Of a stretch of 61,455 nucleotides of DNA, positions 56,142 to 61,455 are shown piece after piece. The notes below the pieces were generated by a model. That model saw nothing but the letters and a program-made list of their open reading frames with translations. It ran no database searches and was not told the origin of the DNA. Origin of the DNA: an uncultured Desulfobacterales bacterium (lineage in GTDB: Bacteria; Desulfobacterota; Desulfobacteria; Desulfobacterales; JAUVVS01); contig CAZLRK010000003.1 in assembly GCA_964561845.1 (NCBI GenBank), positions 1 to 61,455 on the forward strand, read 5' to 3'. How positions within the stretch are numbered: the stretch's first letter is position 1; each line of letters starts with the position of its first letter. Position numbers and translations under genes: made by a program.

Positions 56142-58298
56142 TTATATATTAGAAAGCGGAAGACTTGTTTTTGCCGTTTCTTTTCTGGCACACACCTCAC
56201 AAACAGCATGATCCGGAGTAACCTCGGATATTCCACCAACCTTTTTTCTGATATAGTCAAGGTACTTGGCAGGCCCTATTACGGCGCCACATCTTTCACA
56301 CCTGACCAGCTTCTGTCGATTTAATATGGTTCCGCAAAGGGATAGAATTCTTTCATCCTTTCTGTCCTCTATTATCATGGCTTCATTTGGGCAGTTGGCA
56401 GCACAGGCGCCGCATGCAATGCATATTTCCTCAGTATGTCTGAAATCGGTCTTAACAGGGTGATCAAAATCAAGATAACCCATTTGCAAAGCATCAATTT
56501 TCATTTTGTCCCGGCAAACTTTAACACATTCCCCGCATCGCCTACAAATATCGCAGCGGAGGCATCTTCTGGCTTCCTCTCTTGCCATATTTTCCGAATA
56601 ACCCAGTTCCACCTGTTGAAAGGTAGTACGCCTTCTGTCAATATTCAACAGAGGCATTTCAGGCTTTTTCAAGGCCATCTTTGTAGCGGCAGGAACTTCA
56701 AACCACTCGGTTCGATCACGACGAACAGGAACAGGAGGCATCTTTGGTTGAGGTATGCCGGATAAAAATCGATCGATGGAATCAGCAGCTTTCTTTCCTC
56801 CGCCGATTGCTTCTATGACGGTAGCAGGGCCTATAACAGCGTCCCCGGCCGCAAAAACACCTTCCATAGATGTTGTCATATTGGCTATGTCAACGTCAAT
56901 AGTATTACGTCTTGTCCAGTTAAGATCTGTTAAGGAATCCATGCATTTTTGGTTTACTTTCTGACCGATTGCAGGAATTACCACATCCACATCAACAAAG
57001 TGATCACTCCCTTCTATTGGCACGGGACGCCGTCTGCCGCTTTCATCCGGCGGACCCAGCTTGGCTCTCAGACAATGGAGAGATGTAACCTTGCCATTAG
57101 TCCCCATTATCTCTATCGGGATGGCCAGAAAGGAAAACTTTACACCCTCTTCCTCTGCCTGCTCCACTTCTTCTTCGTCTGCCGGCATTTCTGCGCGGGT
57201 CCGGCGATATAATATGGCGACTTCCTCGCTGCCCAGGCGGATACAGGTCCGAGCTGCATCAATGGCTACATTTCCTCCACCTATAACGGCCACCTTCTCC
57301 CCCGGAATATGTCTGTTTCCCAGGGCAACCTCTCTAAGCAAATCTATGGCATCGATCACCTGTGAGAATTCTTTTTCGCCTCGAATCCCCAATTTAACAG
57401 AATTATGGGCGCCAATGGCAAAAAAGAATGCTTCAAATCCTTCTTTTTTCAATTGCTCCAGTGTAACATCATCACCGAATCTGGTATTGAAGACAATTTC
57501 AACGCCTAAATCTTCAATCATGGCCACTTCCCTGTCAATGATTTCCCTGGGAAGACGATACCGCGGAATCCCCACCATCATCATTCCACCCGCCATGGGA
57601 AGAGCCTCTATTATCCTCACTACATACCCTTTGAGAGCTAAATAGTAGGCAGCAGCCAATCCTGCAGGGCCTGCCCCAATTATACAAACCTTTTTATTTT
57701 TATTATCTTCCTTTTCAGGATTCTTATAACGCCTTTCCGACATGGCCCTTTCCGCAGCAAAAGCCTTGAGAAATTTTATTGACACCGGAGTGTCGATTCG
57801 ACCCCTGACACACATAAATTCACAGGGTCTCGTACAAATAAGGCCGCATACCCATGGGAAAGGGTTATCCTTTCTAATGACATCTATGGCTTCTGTATCG
57901 TATCCCAATCCAATAAGGGAAACATATGTCGGAATATCTATGCCTGCAGGACATGTCATCTGGCATGGAGCAGGGGCCAGCTTGACACAATCTCCAATGG
58001 TACAGTTATGTGTATTTATATGGCTTAAAAATACTTCCCGGTTTTCAGACACGGCAGATTTAATTATTTTGCCGGTTTCAACACATTTTACATCCGGGCC
58101 TTCTTCAATTAACTCTATTGATAAAGATTCAACCGCGGGTAAATGTTCTTCACCTGCCCTACCCCAGGCAGTGTCTTCCAGGAGTTCCAGAATCTCTTCT
58201 GCGATGCGCCTGCATTTGGGGTCCTTAAGATGGTTAGCGTTTATGATTTCATTTAACTTTAAGATGGTATCGTTGACCGGGCAGGTTTTATCGGGCAT
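56142..58298 (-). CDS. GltD/NfnB-like FAD/NAD(P)H oxidoreductase with a vestigial NuoF tail and C-terminal ferredoxin
   Basis: PCQMTCPAG, CGLICTRPCE, GAGPAG, GGGNVA..YRR, CRRCGEC, CIACGAC. Confidence 0.88.
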   Translation of the reverse strand: MPDKTCPVNDTILKLNEIINANHLKDPKCRRIAEEILELLEDTAWGRAGEEHLPAVESLSIELIEEGPDVKCVETGKIIKSAVSENREVFLSHINTHNCTIGDCVKLAPAPCQMTCPAGIDIPTYVSLIGLGYDTEAIDVIRKDNPFPWVCGLICTRPCEFMCVRGRIDTPVSIKFLKAFAAERAMSERRYKNPEKEDNKNKKVCIIGAGPAGLAAAYYLALKGYVVRIIEALPMAGGMMMVGIPRYRLPREIIDREVAMIEDLGVEIVFNTRFGDDVTLEQLKKEGFEAFFFAIGAHNSVKLGIRGEKEFSQVIDAIDLLREVALGNRHIPGEKVAVIGGGNVAIDAARTCIRLGSEEVAILYRRTRAEMPADEEEVEQAEEEGVKFSFLAIPIEIMGTNGKVTSLHCLRAKLGPPDESGRRRPVPIEGSDHFVDVDVVIPAIGQKVNQKCMDSLTDLNWTRRNTIDVDIANMTTSMEGVFAAGDAVIGPATVIEAIGGGKKAADSIDRFLSGIPQPKMPPVPVRRDRTEWFEVPAATKMALKKPEMPLLNIDRRRTTFQQVELGYSENMAREEARRCLRCDICRRCGECVKVCRDKMKIDALQMGYLDFDHPVKTDFRHTEEICIACGACAANCPNEAMIIEDRKDERILSLCGTILNRQKLVRCERCGAVIGPAKYLDYIRKKVGGISEVTPDHAVCEVCARKETAKTSLPLSNI

Positions 58299-58320
58299 TT
58301 TTTTCTCCCTGAATTACACA

Positions 58321-58680
58321 ATCCTGGCCCAAAGGACCAGGATTTAATTTATCCCCTCGAAGGGGAAAAAAGCGCTTTGGAACCTAAATTCGAAACTCGA
58401 AGCACGAAATCCGAAACAAATTCGAATGACCAAAATTCGAAATATTAAACAAAAATTGGGCTATGTCCAACATACCAAAAAGCTAGCTATATTGAGACTC
58501 TTTAGGCCTATTTTTGACTTTGTTTTTGTCATTTGAACATTAGAATTTCGGATTTGTTTCGAATTTCGAAATTCGTATTTCGTGCTTTGCACCGTATTTC
58601 TCGCCGGAACGGTAGAACCTTTCCGGATCCACCACTGGAAGTGGTGGGTTTAAATCAAACTAAAATCTTGGGACCGACCA
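58321..58680. repeat. Element with cctggcccaaaggaccagg end enclosing inverted cgaaatt-type heptamer arrays
   Basis: cgaaact cgaagca cgaaatc cgaaaca (from 58391) versus ttcggatttgtttcgaatttcgaaattcgtatttcgtgcttt (to 58588); the end matches the reverse complement of about 43930-43958. Confidence 0.65.
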
Positions 58681-59481
58681 TTTTACTGCTGATCCTCGTA
58701 GGGCTCCATCCCTACGAGTCTCTGAAGCGCGATCCCTCTTTTCATAACATTCAGGGCAAATGTAGTTAATAAGCTCCAGGCCTTTAGGTTTGTATGCTTT
58801 TTCATTTATAAGGTCCATGTATTTTTTTGGAGCAAAAGGCGTATTGCAATGTTCACATCGTTCAAGCTTAAAGCGTGCAAACACCTGTCCCCATGTAAAT
58901 ATTTTTCTTTCGTCTCCGCGGTCTTCTAATTTGATTGCACCTGTTGGACAAACCTGGGCACAAGCACCGCATCCGATACAATACTCTGAAAGCTTTTCAA
59001 AATCCGTTGTTACTTTACGTTCGTAGCCTCGGTTTATCCAGCAGAGAGCATAAGCACCGATTCTGTCGCGACAAACACGCACGCAACGGCCACAACGCAC
59101 ACAATCATCATCCTCGCCGGTTCGGAAACGACTGGTAACAACTCCGCATTTTCCAGCCAGGTCAATGAGTTCTCTGGAATAAGGCGATCTCCCCAATAAA
59201 AGTTCTAAAATAAGCCTGCGATTATTCTTAATCCGTTCTGTTTCCGTCTCTACAATAAGTTCTTCTTTTACTTCCTGAATACAGGAGACACGAATGGCAT
59301 GCTTAATCGAACCTCTGACTTCAACAATACAAAGTCTGCACGTCCCTTCGGGTTCTAAAGCTTCATGATGGCAAAGGGTGGGGATATAAATACCTTCCCT
59401 TTTGGCCGTTTCAAGGACGGTCATTCCTTCAGGAGCTTCAATCCATTTACCGTTGATTGTAAGATTGATCGTTCTCGGCAT
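58660..59481 (-). CDS. NuoG/HydA-N-like Fe-S protein without a catalytic domain
   Basis: IPTLC..GTCRLCIVEV..SC, CVRCGRCVRVC, CIGCGACAQVCP, CEHC..CPEC. Confidence 0.88.
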   Translation of the reverse strand: MPRTINLTINGKWIEAPEGMTVLETAKREGIYIPTLCHHEALEPEGTCRLCIVEVRGSIKHAIRVSCIQEVKEELIVETETERIKNNRRLILELLLGRSPYSRELIDLAGKCGVVTSRFRTGEDDDCVRCGRCVRVCRDRIGAYALCWINRGYERKVTTDFEKLSEYCIGCGACAQVCPTGAIKLEDRGDERKIFTWGQVFARFKLERCEHCNTPFAPKKYMDLINEKAYKPKGLELINYICPECYEKRDRASETRRDGALRGSAVKWSVPRF

Positions 59482-59493
59482 AGATATCCCTCC

Positions 59494-61275
59494 CTATCCT
59501 TTGAGTACGGCACTAAACTTACATTGCTCATAACAAACACGACATTTAACACACTTATCCTGGTTGATATAATGGGGCTCTTTCTTTGCACCTGTTATGG
59601 CTTCTGAAGGACAATTTCGAGCACATACCATACATCCGGTGCACTTTTTTTCATCTATGGTAAAAGAGGTCAGTGCCTTGCATGCTCCGGCAGGGCACCG
59701 CTTATCTCTGATGTGGGCCTCGTATTCGTCGCGGAAATACTTAAGAGTAGATAAAACAGGATTTGGTGCACTCTTACCAAGGCCGCAAAGAGAAGTGTCC
59801 TTAATCATTGGGGATAGCTCTTCCAATAAGGAAATATGCTCTGGTGTGCCTTTTCCCTCTGTGATCTCGGCCAGCAACCGCACCATCTGGGCAACACCTT
59901 CTCTGCATGGTGTACATTGACCGCATCCTTCATCCCTGCAAAATTGTAGAAAATATTTGGCCACATCCACCATGCATGTATCCTCGTCCATAACGATCAT
60001 GCCCCCTGACCCCATCATGGAACCTGCCTTCAAGAGATGTTCATAGTCAACGGGCATGTCTAAATGGCTGGCCGGAATACATCCGCCGGATGGTCCGCCG
60101 GTTTGAACAGCCTTGAATTCTTTTTTTTGGGGAATACCACCGCCTATGCTATAAATAATATCCCTCAGAGGAATACCCATAGGGACTTCCACCAGACCGG
60201 TGTTTTTTATCTTCCCTACTAAAGAGAATATCTTGGTTCCTTTACTCGTATTGCTGCCGATCCCGGCATACCATTTTGCACCTTTTTGGATGATCAAAGG
60301 TATATTTGCCCATGTCTCCACGTTGTTTAAGTTGCTGGGTTTGCCCCAAACTCCGCTATCTGTGGTGTGTATGTATTTGGGTCTTGGCTCTCCTGCCTTA
60401 TCTTCAATGGATGTCATAAGGGCAGTGGACTCACCACAGACAAACGCTCCGGCGCCAAGCACAACTTTGATATCAAAATTGAAATCTGTGCCAAAGATAT
60501 TTTCCCCTAAGTAATTTCGTTCCCTTGCCTGATCAATGGCCAGCCGAAGACGATTCACTGCTAAAGGGTATTCGGCCCGGATATAGACATAGCCGTTACA
60601 AGATCCGATTGCATGGGCGCCAATTATCATCCCCTCAATGACAGAATGAGGATTCCCCTCAATGATAGAGCGGTCCATAAAGGCGCCTGGGTCACCCTCG
60701 TCGGCGTTACACAAAACATACTTAATATTACCGCTGGCCCGCCGACATCTTTCCCACTTGACACCGGTAGGAAAACCGCCTCCCCCACGACCCCTTAGTC
60801 CTGCTTCTGTGATAATCCTGATTATTTCATTAGGGTCCATTTTTAGGGCCTTGCGAGCAGATTCATATCCGTCTCTCGCAATATACTCTTCAATGGATTC
60901 GGGGTTAATCTGACCGCAATTGGCAAGCACTAGCTTCTGTTGCTTGCTGTGGAAGGAATGGTAGTCTTTTTTTACCAACATTTTTTTTACAGGTTCACCG
61001 CCAATGATATGTTTCTCCACAATCGTTTTTACTTTTTCCGGCGTGATAAACTGGTAAATCTCCTTCTCACCGTCAATGGCGATATCTACCAACACATCCT
61101 TTGCACAGAAACCACGGCAGCCTACCTTGTGGGTTCGAGCTTCGTATTTTACAGTCAGCTCCTTTTCCCTTAATGCCTCCTCAAATGCTTCTATGACCTT
61201 ATATCCTCCGGCAGCAACACCCCCGGTACCAGTGCAGATACTTATTACAATTTTTTTGCTGTTTTTAGAAGCCAT
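59494..61275 (-). CDS. nuoF: NuoF/HydB-like NADH-binding subunit with C-terminal 2[4Fe-4S]
   Basis: LRGRGGGGFPTG, NADEGDPGAFMDR, GAFVCGE, CGQCTPCREG, CTGCMVCARNCP, CVKCRVCYEQC. Confidence 0.9.
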   Translation of the reverse strand: MASKNSKKIVISICTGTGGVAAGGYKVIEAFEEALREKELTVKYEARTHKVGCRGFCAKDVLVDIAIDGEKEIYQFITPEKVKTIVEKHIIGGEPVKKMLVKKDYHSFHSKQQKLVLANCGQINPESIEEYIARDGYESARKALKMDPNEIIRIITEAGLRGRGGGGFPTGVKWERCRRASGNIKYVLCNADEGDPGAFMDRSIIEGNPHSVIEGMIIGAHAIGSCNGYVYIRAEYPLAVNRLRLAIDQARERNYLGENIFGTDFNFDIKVVLGAGAFVCGESTALMTSIEDKAGEPRPKYIHTTDSGVWGKPSNLNNVETWANIPLIIQKGAKWYAGIGSNTSKGTKIFSLVGKIKNTGLVEVPMGIPLRDIIYSIGGGIPQKKEFKAVQTGGPSGGCIPASHLDMPVDYEHLLKAGSMMGSGGMIVMDEDTCMVDVAKYFLQFCRDEGCGQCTPCREGVAQMVRLLAEITEGKGTPEHISLLEELSPMIKDTSLCGLGKSAPNPVLSTLKYFRDEYEAHIRDKRCPAGACKALTSFTIDEKKCTGCMVCARNCPSEAITGAKKEPHYINQDKCVKCRVCYEQCKFSAVLKG

Positions 61276-61316
61276 AACGAATACTTAGATTGAATAGGTG
61301 TAACCGTTCACTCCAA

Positions 61317-61455
61317 GAGACCTTTGCAAAACGCCCCCTTTTGCCCAATTTCTGCGTCAGACTTAAATTTTAATCCTCAAAATACTCAATGTATTCCTGC
61401 GGTTAAAATTTTCGCCTTCCTTGAACTTGAACAAAATTGAGCATTTTTCAAAGGT
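61317..61455. mobile_element. MITE-like family E copy (cut by the window end)
   Basis: Collinear with 46435-46576. Confidence 0.85.

Noticed and set aside
1-61455. rRNA, tRNA, transposase, integrase or prophage genes
   Set aside because: None recognised by eye; a short tRNA or sRNA could be missed without a covariance-model search.

Overview
This 61.5-kb window looks like chromosome from an AT-rich anaerobic sulfate-reducer (Desulfobacterales-like; inferred from gene content). About 0.5-33.7 kb is one energy-metabolism and redox-signalling locus. It holds a Cys-rich GcvH-like gene, an archaemetzincin, two sigma54 activators, four histidine kinases, the tmcDCBA membrane complex and a large Hdr cluster. 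Two things in the Hdr cluster stand out. One HdrA is split in two around an inserted NuoE / NuoF-GltD / NuoG-N module. A second, tandem HdrA carries an intact response-regulator receiver domain inside the enzyme, which suggests direct phospho-control of a flavin-based electron-bifurcating complex. Two genes read through in-frame UGA codons followed by SECIS-like hairpins: an HdrD-like CCG protein and a HesB-like protein. The rest of the window holds nrdJ with NrdR boxes, housekeeping genes (aor, proC, ndk and others), an ArsR/Acr3 arsenic-redox cluster and a second NuoF/NuoG-N/GltD module. Intergenic regions carry several families of palindromic MITE-like elements, some with clear target-site duplications and a covarying structured core. 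They also carry inverted short-tandem-repeat arrays, one enclosing a decayed four-helix-bundle gene. I saw no rRNA, tRNA, CRISPR array or transposase. All calls come from reading motifs by eye; no database searches were run.
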